DNA from: Balanoglossus misakiensis
Lineage: Eukaryota; Animalia; Hemichordata
Length of the DNA: 64,000 nucleotides
Direction: 5' to 3'
Assembly (NCBI GenBank): GCA_040954595.2
Contig: CM082596.2
Span: forward strand, 10,780,454 to 10,844,453
The position numbers and the translations under genes were made by a program. The notes below the pieces were generated by a model, which saw only the letters and a program-made list of their open reading frames with translations, had not been told where the DNA came from and did not search any database. Of the stretch, positions 43,301 through 53,248 are shown one piece after another. The stretch's first letter is position 1, and each line of letters opens with the position of its first letter.

Positions 43301-44816
43301 CCGTAACCCATGATTTTTTCAAAAATGCAGAAATTTTGAATTTTCGCAAAGTAGAAAAATTGTCATTTTTGGCCGATTGTCGTGAGCCGTGCCCCATGAT
43401 TTTTTTCAAAAAATGCAGAAATTTTGAACTTTTGCAAAGTCGAAAAATTGTCATTTTTGGACGATTTTCGTGAGCCGTAACCCATGATTTTTTTTTTAAA
43501 ATGCAGAAATTTTAAAATTTCGCAAAGTCGAAAAATTGTCATTTTTGGACGATTTTCGTGAGCCGTAACCCATGATTTTTTCTGGAGATTGGGGGAGTGG
43601 CTCTCCCTCAAGACTTTTCTTCTACTGATAGTTTGACTATTTGTCAGATAAATTGGATTTAATTTGGTACAACCAAATGATATATTGGTCAAGTCTAGAT
43701 AGACTTATACATGTACTTTTGGTTCAATAATTTTGTTTAAACTAACTTTATTATTGTTGTTGGGTATTGTGCAATATCTGAAGAATTACTCTAAAGCCAA
43801 ATTTGCTGTGACTTTGTCCATGCTTGCATATCATTAATAATTACTATGGTGGACTTCTGGAATGCATGGCCTGTAGTCAAGTAAATCATTGTAACTAATA
43901 ACAAGTAAATCATTGTAACTAATCTGCATTGAATTTTATCATCTTCAAAGATACATACAGGGCTCGCATTCATGTCTGTTTCTTGCGTTTTCCACAAAAC
44001 TACAATGCTTGCAAGCAAATATTTTGTCAAGGTTGCATGACATGCACACAAAAAATATCAATTGTAAGATAACAGAACGGGCGAGGATAGGGCGCCACGT
44101 CTAGGTTGGCCGATCTGGTGCCCAGAACACATGTACGCGTATGCGAACTTGTATGCGGTATCTCAAAATTTCTTTCTAATTGACCATTTTGCGCAGGTTT
44201 CGCAGGTTTCTGCGCATAGTGTAAAAAGCTAAATTTTATTTCCAGTGTTTTTCAAACAAAGTAGTAGTGTAGTGCTGTGAGGTTATTTAAGTACATACTA
44301 TGTATTTAGTGAATTTGGGACTGAAATTTTCACGCGTTTGCAATACTTTTGGTTGCTATAGCAACCGAACTCTTTTGCAGCCTATCCTGGGCTGTTAAAG
44401 ATGCCTGAAATCCATGTTTAATTTTCTGTGTCTCAACAATATGCTTGGTGACCCTCTATTTGTTTGCCTTAAAATGATTTGATATATTTCAAACAAGGTT
44501 CTACCATGTTTGTAAAAAAGTTTACATCTAGAAGTGGTAAAAAACTTATATAAAAGTGGATTTCTAGGCAATTCTGTATTTAATTTAACAGTTGTATTGA
44601 TATGCCATTATCATACTGACCAAGATAAAATCTCAAAATTGCTGAAAATAAAATATTCAGTAAGTTTAGAGTCTCTAGTGGTGAAAAAAATATGAAGAAC
44701 CTCCCAAAATGCTTATTTTTGAGGCCATTATACAAAGATCTACGAACACTGGTAAAAGCTGAAAGAGGTGCTAGATAGAGGGCGCTTTCCCCCCAAATCT
44801 AGCTGGTTGACCCCCA

Positions 44817-44991
44817 TTTTTATTAGCTCTGCTGTCACTTGTGTCAGCCGAGCTGTAGCAGTAGGTTGATAAGTGTCCGTCCGTCGTCCGTCCGTCGTCC
44901 GTCAACTTTTGGTATTTCAATCTTCTTCTTTAAAACTACTTGGCATATTTAGCTGAAATTTGGTTGGAATGTGTGTTATGGTGCCCTTACC
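44817..44991 (-). mobile_element. Inverted copy of the HINE-like 3' end
   Basis: Reverse complement of 48796-48970: (CGTC)n and the same palindrome. Confidence 0.75.
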
Positions 44992-45201
44992 TGAATAAAT
45001 GAATGAATTTTATTTCACCAGAGATATGTCGATATATCTATAATATAATACACTGAATGTAAAAGGAAGATGTTTACGTATTTCCAGTGTGGACCATGGA
45101 AATAGTTTCGCGGAAACTAGTCTAGTCCATGGCCCATATTTCTGAGTTAATTAATTTTAAAGATGTCAAACAGTTGTTCAGCACATGTAAATAAATGATC
45201 T

Positions 45202-45266
<65 letters not shown>

Positions 45267-46209
45267 ATACAGGTGAGTTGAAGGCATTTGTTGCGAAGGA
45301 GTACTTTACAATGGGTTGACTATATTGAAAAAAAAGTTGTCACTGAAGTTGTAGCAGATGTTTTTTGAGCTCTTTTTAAATCTGTTTCTGCAGTGTGTAT
45401 TGTTTAAAGTGTGTGGAATGGAGTTCCAGCATTTTACAGATGCATACTTAAAATTCTGCAGAGAAGTATTCAAGTTAACCTTTGGGATTTTTAAGCTCCT
45501 GTTCGTACTAAATGATGTTGGATATGTATGTGGAGAGACACCTTGGAAATACTGATCAAGGTGGTGAGCATAGTGATAATGATCTAGGTCATAAATGAAC
45601 ATACAAGTCTGAAGTTTACAACAATTAAACATATTCAATATGCTGAGTTGTCAAAACAGAGGGGCTGAATGAGCATTGTAGGATGAAAAGGTAATCAGAC
45701 GAACCAATCTTTTCTGAAGACGAAAAGTGGTTGCAGGGCTGAATGATATGCATGTCCACATATTTCAATACAATACATTAAGTGTGGTAAAATTAATGAG
45801 TTGTAAATTAAAAGCAAGGTGGGCTTAGGTACAAAGTGACGTATTTTTTAAATAACTCCAACAATTGGGCTGATAGTGCTCCTGACTTTCTCAATGTGCG
45901 ATTTCCACCTCAGAGCGCAGTCAATGGTGACACCAACGTAAGTAGTGGAAGAGACATTCTCAACAAAAGAACTGTCAATTTCTAGTTGACCTTGAACGTG
46001 AGCTGGTTTATGAATGGAATTCATTAACATATAGTTAGTTTTACCAGTGTTAATGGTCAGTTTATTGGCATCACACCAATCTTTGACCAACTTGAAATCA
46101 CTGTTCATTTGATTAAAGTTGACATTGCAGCTTGTACATTTAAACAAACCCGTATCATATGCAAAAAGTTTAAAATCAAATGCGCTGGTTGATTGAACAA
46201 TATCATTAA
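44992..46209 (-). pseudogene. Inverted copy of the 3' half of the same LINE (RT C-terminal part and 3' UTR)
   Basis: Same sequence as 47618-48795 on the opposite strand. It shares the premature stop after SPIVGVI, and the catalytic FADD reads FAYD. Confidence 0.92.
45204..45268. repeat. (TAAA)n microsatellite in the LINE 3' UTR; counterparts at ~48558-48583 (short) and ~51257-51322
   Basis: Directly visible. Confidence 0.95.
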
Positions 46210-46785
46210 AGCCTCAGTATTTCTCGGAGGGGCAAAATTTTGTTTGAAATGGCATCTATAATTTCTAAAAGTACATGATAATTGATACTGAATCGAACAG
46301 TCATCATCCCCAGCTCTGCTCATAAACTCATACAATTTACAATATAACGAGTGAAGAATGACTTTCTGTCCGGACAGAAAGTCAGGCTCTGTTGACACAC
46401 GTGACTACTGTGCATGCGCACTCAAATGTGAATCTACGCGGAAGAGGTTTGGTCTCCCCAAATCTAGCGCCTCAGCGAAGAAATGCGCACTAATTCGGCG
46501 AAATTCTGGAAAGATAACTTCGATGGAACCAGATCAAATCCGAAAATGGTCTGACATCAAATGTCAAAGTGGCACGTTTGCTGATCGAGATGTACAACAT
46601 TTCCATTGTAAACAAACCCGCGCATCATTTCAAGTGTTACGGGTAATATTTACAGCTTGCATGTAGCTACAATTGCCCAAACCTTTCTTACATCTTCATT
46701 ATGTAGTATTCCATGATGAATGTACGGGAAAAACGGGCTTTTTTCGATGATGAAAAATGGATACACACGAGAAATACTGGGGCTT
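46209..46785. mobile_element. Non-autonomous TIR element (MITE), ~575 bp
   Basis: Termini AAGCCTCAGTATTTCTCG (46209-46226) and CGAGAAATACTGGGGCTT (46768-46785) are inverted, 17/18 match. The left flank is TTAA and the right flank is not. No credible coding capacity. Confidence 0.75.
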
Positions 46786-46792
46786 GTACTAA

Positions 46793-48795
46793 ATTACCCC
46801 TGTTTATAAGAAGGGTTCTTCTTCTGAGGTCAGCAATTATAGGCCCATTTCCATTCTACCAGTCATAAGTAAAATTGTAGAATCTGTTGTAAAAAAACAA
46901 CCCATCTCATTTTTCGACAAATTCAGCATTCTCTCTGAGACACAGTATGGGTTTCGAAAACTGTATAGTACAAAACTTGCATTAGCAAATATTATATCAG
47001 ATATTATAGACAATATGGACATGGGTTTTACTACATTAGGAATTTTTATTGACTTTAAAAAAGCCTTTGACACAATAGACCATAGCATTCTTCTGCACAA
47101 ACTCTCACACTATGGTATCAGAGGCCTTCCATTTAATTCTCCCGACCTTAAATAGGTTTTGGCTACCTAGGTGGGTGATAAAAATCTCACATGGTCGACA
47201 CAATTTCAAGATGGCCGATTTTTGCCATGTTTAAGGAATAGGAGTTCATAAGCTAAAGTGATGATGGGTCATTCTGAATCTTTTAATAGAACAAATAACA
47301 AAATGTGAAAAATGTTTAATATGGTAACTACAAAGACAGACATGTTTGATCCAAGGAAGTCATGAAATACAGTAAACATATCATTTCTTCTATCTCTTAC
47401 TACAGTGGGTTGTCGACTTTTCGACCAGAATGCAATGGGATTTGACCCCCTAGCGCAAAGTGAAAACCTATTTAAGGTAGCCACAATCGGTTTACAAGTT
47501 ATCTTCATAATCGCCATCAGGTGGTTGCCATTGACAAGAGTATTTCAGATCCAAAGATTGTAAAATGTGGAATACCACAAGGTTCTATTCTTGGCCCACT
47601 TCTATTCCTCATTTCTATTAATGATATTGTTCAATCAACCAGCGCATTTGATTTTAAACTTTTTGCAGATGATACGGGTTTGTTTAAATGTACAAGCTGC
47701 AATGTCAACTTTAATCAAATGAACAGTGATTTCAAGTTGGTCAAAGATTGGTGTGATGCCAATAAACTGACCATTAACACTGGTAAAACTAACTATATGT
47801 TAATGAATTCCATTCATAAACCAGCTCACGTTCAAGGTCAACTAGAAATTGACAGTTCTTTTGTTGAGAATGTCTCTTCCACTACTTACGTTGGTGTCAC
47901 CATTGACTGCGCTCTGAGGTGGAAATCGCACATTGAGAAAGTCAGGAGCACTATCAGCCCAATTGTTGGAGTTATTTAAAAAATACGTCACTTTGTACCT
48001 AAGTCCACCTTGCTTTTACTTTACAACTTATTAATTTTACCACACTTAATGTATTGTATTGAAATATGGGGGCATACATATCATTCAGCCCGGCAACCAG
48101 TTTTCGTCTTCAGAAAAGATTGGTTCGTCTGATTACCTTTTCATCCTACAATGCTCATTCAGCCCCTCTGTTTTGACAACTCAGCATATTGAATGTGTTT
48201 AATTGTTGTAAACTTCAGACTTGTATGTTCATTTATGACCTAGATCATTATCACTATGCTCACCACCTTGATCAGTATTTCCAAGGTGTCTCTCCACATA
48301 CATATCCAACATCATTTAGTACGAACAGGAACTTAAAAATCCCAAAGGTTAACTTGACTACTTCTCAGCAGAATTTTAAGTATGCATCTGTAAAATGCTG
48401 GAACTCCATTCCATACACTTTAAAATATACACACTGCAGAAACAGATTTAAATAAGAGCTCAAAAAACATCTGCTACAACTTCAGTGACAACTTTTTTTC
48501 AATATAGTCAACCTATTGTAATGTACTCCTTCGCAACAAATGCCTTCAACTCACCTGTATTTATTTATTTATTTATTTATTTAACAGATCATTTATTTAC
48601 ATGTGCTGTACAACTGTTTGACATCTTTAAAATTAATTAACTCAGAAATATGGGCCATGGACTAGACTAGTTTCCGCGAAACTATTTCCATGGTCCACAC
48701 TGGAAATATGTAAACATCTTCCTTTTACATTCAGTGTATTATATTATAGATATATCGACATATCTCTGGTGAAATAAAATTCATTCGTTTATTCA
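46793..48795 (+). pseudogene. 5'-truncated non-LTR retrotransposon (CR1/L2-group LINE): ORF2 reverse transcriptase remnant plus 3' UTR and (ATTC)-like tail
   Basis: Translates to ITPVYKKG...NYRPISILPVISKIVE...QYGFRK...IFIDFKKAFDTIDHSILLHKLSHYGIRG, then the insertion, then FTSYLHNRHQ...GIPQGSILGPLLFLISIND...LFADDT, which are canonical LINE RT motifs. There is a premature TAA at 47977-47979. The element ends AATAAAATTCATTCGTTTATTCA. Confidence 0.93.
47138..47484. mobile_element. 347-bp non-autonomous insertion interrupting the LINE RT frame
   Basis: Removing it and one AAT copy (47135-47137 / 47485-47487) restores the frame GIRGLPFN-RFTSYLHNRHQ. It has a perfect 16-bp subterminal IR ACCTTAAATAGGTTTT (47145-47160) / AAAACCTATTTAAGGT (47463-47478). 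Confidence 0.85.
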
Positions 48796-50204
48796 GGTAA
48801 GGGCACCATAACACACATTCCAACCAAATTTCAGCTAAATATGCCAAGTAGTTTTAAAGAAGAAGATTGAAATACCAAAAGTTGACGGACGACGGACGGA
48901 CGACGGACGGACACTTATCAACCTACTGCTACAGCTCGGCTGACACAAGTGACAGCAGAGCTAATAAAAATGGGGGTCAACCAGCTAGATTTGGGGGAAA
49001 GCGCCCTCTATCTAGCACCTCTTTCAGCTTTTGCCAGTGTTCGTAGATCTTTGTATAATGGCCTCAAAAATAAGCATTGTGGGAGGTTCTTCATATTTTT
49101 TTTCACCATTAGAGACTCTAAACTTACTGAAAATTTTATTTTCAGCAATTTTGAGATTCTATCTTGGTCAGTATGATAATGGCATATCAATACAACCGTT
49201 AAATTAAATACAGAATTGCCTAGAAATCAACTTTTATATAAGTTTTTTACCACTTCTAGATGTAAACTTTTTTAAAAACTTGGTAGAACCTTGTTTGAAA
49301 TATATCAAATCATTTTAAGGCAAAAAAAATAGAGGGTCACCACGCATATTGTTGAGACACAGAAAGTTAAACATGGATTTCAGGCATCTTTAACAACAGG
49401 ATAGGCTGCAAAAGAGTTCGGTTGCTATAGCAACCAAAAGTATTGCAAACGCGTGAAAATTTCAGTCCCAAATTTACTAAATACATAGTATGTACTTAAA
49501 TAACCTCACAGCACTACACTACAACTTTGTTTGAAAAACACTGGAAATAAAATTTAGCTTTTTACACTATGCGCAGAAACCTGCGAAACCTGCGCAAAAT
49601 GGTCAATTAGAAAGAAATTTTGAGATACCGCATACAAGTTCGCATACGCGTACATGTGTTCTGGGCACCAGATCGGCCAACCTAGACGTGGCGCCCTATC
49701 CTCGCCCGTTCTGTTATCTTACAATGGATATTTTTTGTGTGCATGTCATGCAACCGTGACAAAATATTTGCTTGCAAGCATTGTAGTTTTGTGGAAAACG
49801 CAAGAAACAGACATGAATGCGAGCCCTGTATGTATCTTTGAAGATGATAAAATTCAATGCAGATTAGTTACAATGATTTACTTGTTATTAGTTACAATGA
49901 TTTACTTGACTACAGGCCATGCATTCCAGAAGTCCACCATAGTAATTATTAATGATATGCAAGCATGGACAAAGTCACAGCAAATTTGGCTTTAGAGTAA
50001 TTCTTCAGATATTGCACAATACCCAACAACAATAATAAAGTTAGTTTAAACAAAATTATTGAACCAAAAGTACATGTATAAGTCTATCTAGACTTGACCA
50101 ATATATCATTTGGTTGTACCAAATTAAATCCAATTTATCTGACAAATAGTCAAACTATCAGTAGAAGAAAAGTCTGGAGGGAGGGCCACTCCCCCAATCT
50201 CCAG
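47618..50204 (+). repeat. Right arm of the long inverted duplication
   Basis: Mirror of 43582-46209 with scattered substitutions and a shorter (TTTA)n tract. Confidence 0.97.
48796..48970 (+). mobile_element. 3' end of a non-autonomous Helentron-type element (HINE-like)
   Basis: Core-repeat remnant, (GACG)n-like microsatellite, terminal palindrome AGCTCGGCTGACACAAGTGACAGCAGAGCT and an A-run. This is the HINE/DINE-1/pearl architecture. Confidence 0.75.
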
Positions 50205-50215
50205 GACTATCATAG

Positions 50216-50604
50216 TACCGGGGTTTACTGAGAGTTTGCCCAGGGCCGTTATACGACAGAAAAGTTTATCTACCATTTAGCTAAATGCAGAAGTGTAATG
50301 GGTAATAAACTGCTACAGTTGACAGTGCGTTCTGGACCATTCCACTTACATATTTAGTACGGTTGATGGGGAGATATGATCATAAGCACTGCACCAATAA
50401 TTTGACATGCCTTACTATTTTAACCTTTTTAAGCTTCTTACTACTTCTTGACGCTTTCCTTGACTTTTTTTCAGTGGATTCGTCAAAGTGAAATGCCACT
50501 GACCAAGTCCAAAGTGAAACAGTAATTCTAAATAACGGCCCAACCCCCAAATAACTGCCCGTGGGCGCCCTTTCGGGTGGGCGAACTCTCAGTAAACCCC
50601 GGTA
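50216..50604. mobile_element. MITE with ~26-bp TIRs and TA ends (Tc1/mariner-like)
   Basis: TACCGGGGTTTACTGAGAGTTTGCCC (50216-50241) vs GGGCGAACTCTCAGTAAACCCCGGTA (50579-50604), 25/26 inverted match. A second internal IR GGGCCGTTAT / ATAACGGCCC is present. Confidence 0.85.
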
Positions 50605-51259
50605 AAAAACAAGTGACCTGTCGGTCAAAAGAGCTCTGCTGACTTTAACAGTGTAACCTGGGCAATGATATGAATACCCTAGGTTTTTATTCATAATAAT
50701 TGTATTCTATTGAACAAAACCAAACATAAACATAACAAGTATTTATCCAAATTCAGCTTGATTCATTGTGCTAAAGAAAGAAAGAATTGTATCCTAAAGA
50801 ACAACATCAAAAGGAAGCACCAAGGTTCTAATTTGCATATTCATGACCCCATCAAAATTCCAATTAACAAAATCCAACATCATTTAGTACGAACAGGAAC
50901 TTAAAAATCCCAAAGGTTAACTTGAATGTTTCCATGGTCCACACTGGAAATATGTAAACATCTTCCTTTTACATTCAGTGTATTATATTATATATATATC
51001 GACATATCTCTGGTGAAATAAAATTCATTCATTTATTCAGGTAGGGGCACCATAACACACATTCAGCAGAATTTTAAGTATGCATCTGTAAAATGCTGGA
51101 ACTCCATTCCACACACTTTAAAAAATACACACTGCAGAAACAGATCTAAAAAAGAGCTCAAAAAACATCTGCTACAACTTCAGTGACAACTTTTTTTTCA
51201 ATATAGTCAACCCATTGTAATGTACTCCTTCGCAACAAATGCCTTCAACTCACCTGTAT

Positions 51260-51324
<65 letters not shown>

Positions 51325-51864
51325 AGATCATTTATTTACATGTGCTGTACAACTGTTTGACATCTTTAAAATTAATTAACTCAGAAATATGGGCCATGGA
51401 CTAGACTAGTTTCTGCGAAACTATTTCCATGGTCCACACTGGAAATATGTAAACATCTTCCTTTTACATTCAGTGTATTATATTATATATATATCGACAT
51501 ATCTCTGGTGAAATAAAATTCATTCATTTATTCAGGTAGGGGCACCATAACACACATTCCTACCAAATTTCAGCTCCATTGTACATGTAGTTATGGAGAA
51601 GAAGATTTTTGACCAAAAATTATATTTTTAGATCTTATTTGCATATTCATGACCCCATCAAATCCAAATTAACAAAATCAGTTAAGGGCACCATAACACA
51701 CATCCCAACCAAATTTCAGCTAAATATGCCAAGTAGTTTTAGAGAAGAAGATTGAAATACCAAAAGTTGACGGACGACAGACAACGGACGGACGGACGAC
51801 AGACGGACACTTATCAACCTACTGCTACAGCTGGGCTGACACAAGTGTCAGCCGAGTTAAAAAA
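50605..51864 (+). mobile_element. Apparently complete HINE-like element carrying rearranged LINE 3'-end fragments inside a core repeat
   Basis: Starts AAAAACAAGTGACC...AGAGCTCTGCTG, where AGCTCTGCTG is inverted to the CAGCAGAGCT in the family's 3' palindrome. Core repeats are ATTTGCATATTCATGACCCCATC and GGGCACCATAACACACAT. It ends with (GACG)n, a palindrome and an A-run. LINE-derived segments lie at ~50872-50927, 50929-51039 and 51063-51534. Confidence 0.78.
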
Positions 51865-52100
51865 CATCAAAGAAATTGTGTTCAAGATTTTAAATGTGAC
51901 TCTTGTTATATTTTGACTCCATGTAATCTTGCAAAGCCAAGTTTGAGGCATCTGGAAATATTTCTTAAAAATAGAATGATGAAACTACTTCTGCCATTAT
52001 GATTTACACTACTGAATTACTGGTTTCCATATAGCTTGTGATGGCTATAACTTCTGTAATTTATAATGGCTGCCTCACTGAAACGCAGGAGGAGGACTTT

Positions 52101-52156
52101 GAATGAATGAATGAATGAATGAATGAATGGTTGATTGACTGACTGACTGACTGACT
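52101..52156. repeat. Compound (GAAT)n-(GACT)n microsatellite
   Basis: Directly visible. Confidence 0.9.
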
Positions 52157-52522
52157 TACTGGTTACAAAAATTGTATACAACCAATGCAATAAGGCAGTG
52201 TGCTGTTGTCTATTCACTCATAAATATGCATTTTAATTATGAACATACAACTACATTCTAAAATAATTATAAAACCTATTTTATAATTTTTTTAACCAAA
52301 CGAGATACAATACACTGAACATAAACTCAACATTAATAATTGAAGTTTTCACACCATTCAGAACTTGCTTAAAATTTCTAATAAAACTACCATTAAAAGG
52401 AATAGTAGGTAACAGGCAAGTGTGCAGTGCATACATTTGAGTCACTTTGCTGTCAGCAGAGGGCAAAGCAGAGGGAAGGGGTGGGAGGGGGAAATCAAAA
52501 TTTCTGCATGGGATATGGGGTA

Positions 52523-53248
52523 TTATCATATGCCTATATTCACGTGCCCATGTAAAGTCTATGGGGAAAAGCGCCCTCACATCCGTGCAGTTTTTTTGCT
52601 TATCACGCCCCGGCCCGGTGACCATATTTGGAAGACGCGTTCAATATCCGGATCTAGTTTTGTGTTTATTGCGCGAGATTCGAAAGTTGTCGTTGCTACG
52701 TTCTGAATTAAATTTTTCTGCTGCGGTGTCACCGACTAGTGCACTTGTAGTGTGCGTATGTCCTATGCCGCTAACGAATCACACAATCGCTGCATGTTGT
52801 AGAGCTTTATTTGGAAATATGAATAGAAAAATTGATGATTTGATCTGAATAATGTGTGACTGTCGGCGTCGATCGTCGCGAAGAAAAAATAATGTTTTGC
52901 TCGCGCTCGGCTGTGTGAGTTCGAGCGCGTCTATATCTCACGTGCAATAGAATGTAAACAAATGGCATATCAATCCGCAAGAACTGGAGGAATGCGCCTC
53001 TATGCTACGGGATAGATCATTTCAAAACGATAGATAAACACGTAATATTTACATTCCAAAATATTACAGAATGTGTATTTTATTAGTTTCTTGTAGATTA
53101 TCGTTCAATAAGGCATATGATAAAACCTTTACGGCCCTGATACGGGTTTTGCGGCCCTCGGTCGTATGGCGATTCGCGCCCTCCCTGCGGTCGGGCGCTT
53201 CCGCCCTACGACCTCGGGCCGCAAAACCCGTATCAGGGCCGTAAAGAT
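52523..53248 (+). mobile_element. Hairpin-ended non-autonomous element, family A, copy 1 (726 bp, TA flanks)
   Basis: Near-identical to 61130-61872. The start TTATCATATGCCT is inverted at 53111-53123 and followed by a ~120-nt GC-rich fold-back (53127-53246). TA lies on both sides. Confidence 0.9.

Larger units (their letters stand above)
1..43581. repeat. Satellite DNA array, 88-bp monomer, roughly 495 head-to-tail copies with higher-order structure; continues beyond the left edge of the window
   Basis: Consensus AAAAAATGCAGAAATTTTGAACTTTTGCAAAGTCGAAAAATTGTCATTTTTGGACGATTTTCGTGAGCCGTAACCCATGATTTTTTTC (88 nt) repeats in one orientation without interruption until 43581. Copy number is length divided by 88. 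Confidence 0.99.
43582..46209 (-). repeat. Left arm of a long inverted duplication (2.6 kb)
   Basis: Reverse complement of 47618-50204. The outer ends CTGGAGATTGGGGGAGTGG and CCACTCCCCCAATCTCCAG pair, as do the inner ends AATATCATTAA and TTAATGATATT. ORFs mirror each other (43791-44051 minus vs 49654-49995 plus; 45848-46147 minus vs 47521-47979 plus). Confidence 0.97.

Noticed and set aside
1-43581. CRISPR-like or coding-repeat interpretation of the array
   Set aside because: There are no unique spacers, the monomers are contiguous, there are no cas genes and the context is eukaryotic.
1068-43692. About 150 minus-strand ORFs with repeating K/F/S-rich peptides
   Set aside because: They are translations of the 88-bp satellite. 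Frames switch with homopolymer length and the same three peptides recur, so there is no sign of coding constraint.
49654-49995. 113-aa ORF and its mirror at 43791-44051
   Set aside because: No motifs. Its presence in both arms reflects the DNA duplication, and the LVTMIYL repeat is just a 24-bp tandem duplication.
48971-50170. Unclassified sequence in the palindrome arms, with short direct repeats such as GCAGAAACCTGCGAAACCTGCG
   Set aside because: Probably old transposon DNA, but no termini, TSD or coding motif could be identified by eye.
43582-50204. LTR retrotransposon, DIRS or Polinton bounded by the long repeats
   Set aside because: The repeats are inverted, cut through the middle of a LINE RT and enclose no gag, integrase, tyrosine recombinase or polymerase. 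No flanking TSD is evident.
53127-53246. tRNA, ncRNA or rho-independent terminator call for the GC-rich hairpin
   Set aside because: No cloverleaf, A/B boxes or U-tract. It is the terminus of a repeated mobile element. A small-RNA precursor role cannot be excluded without data.
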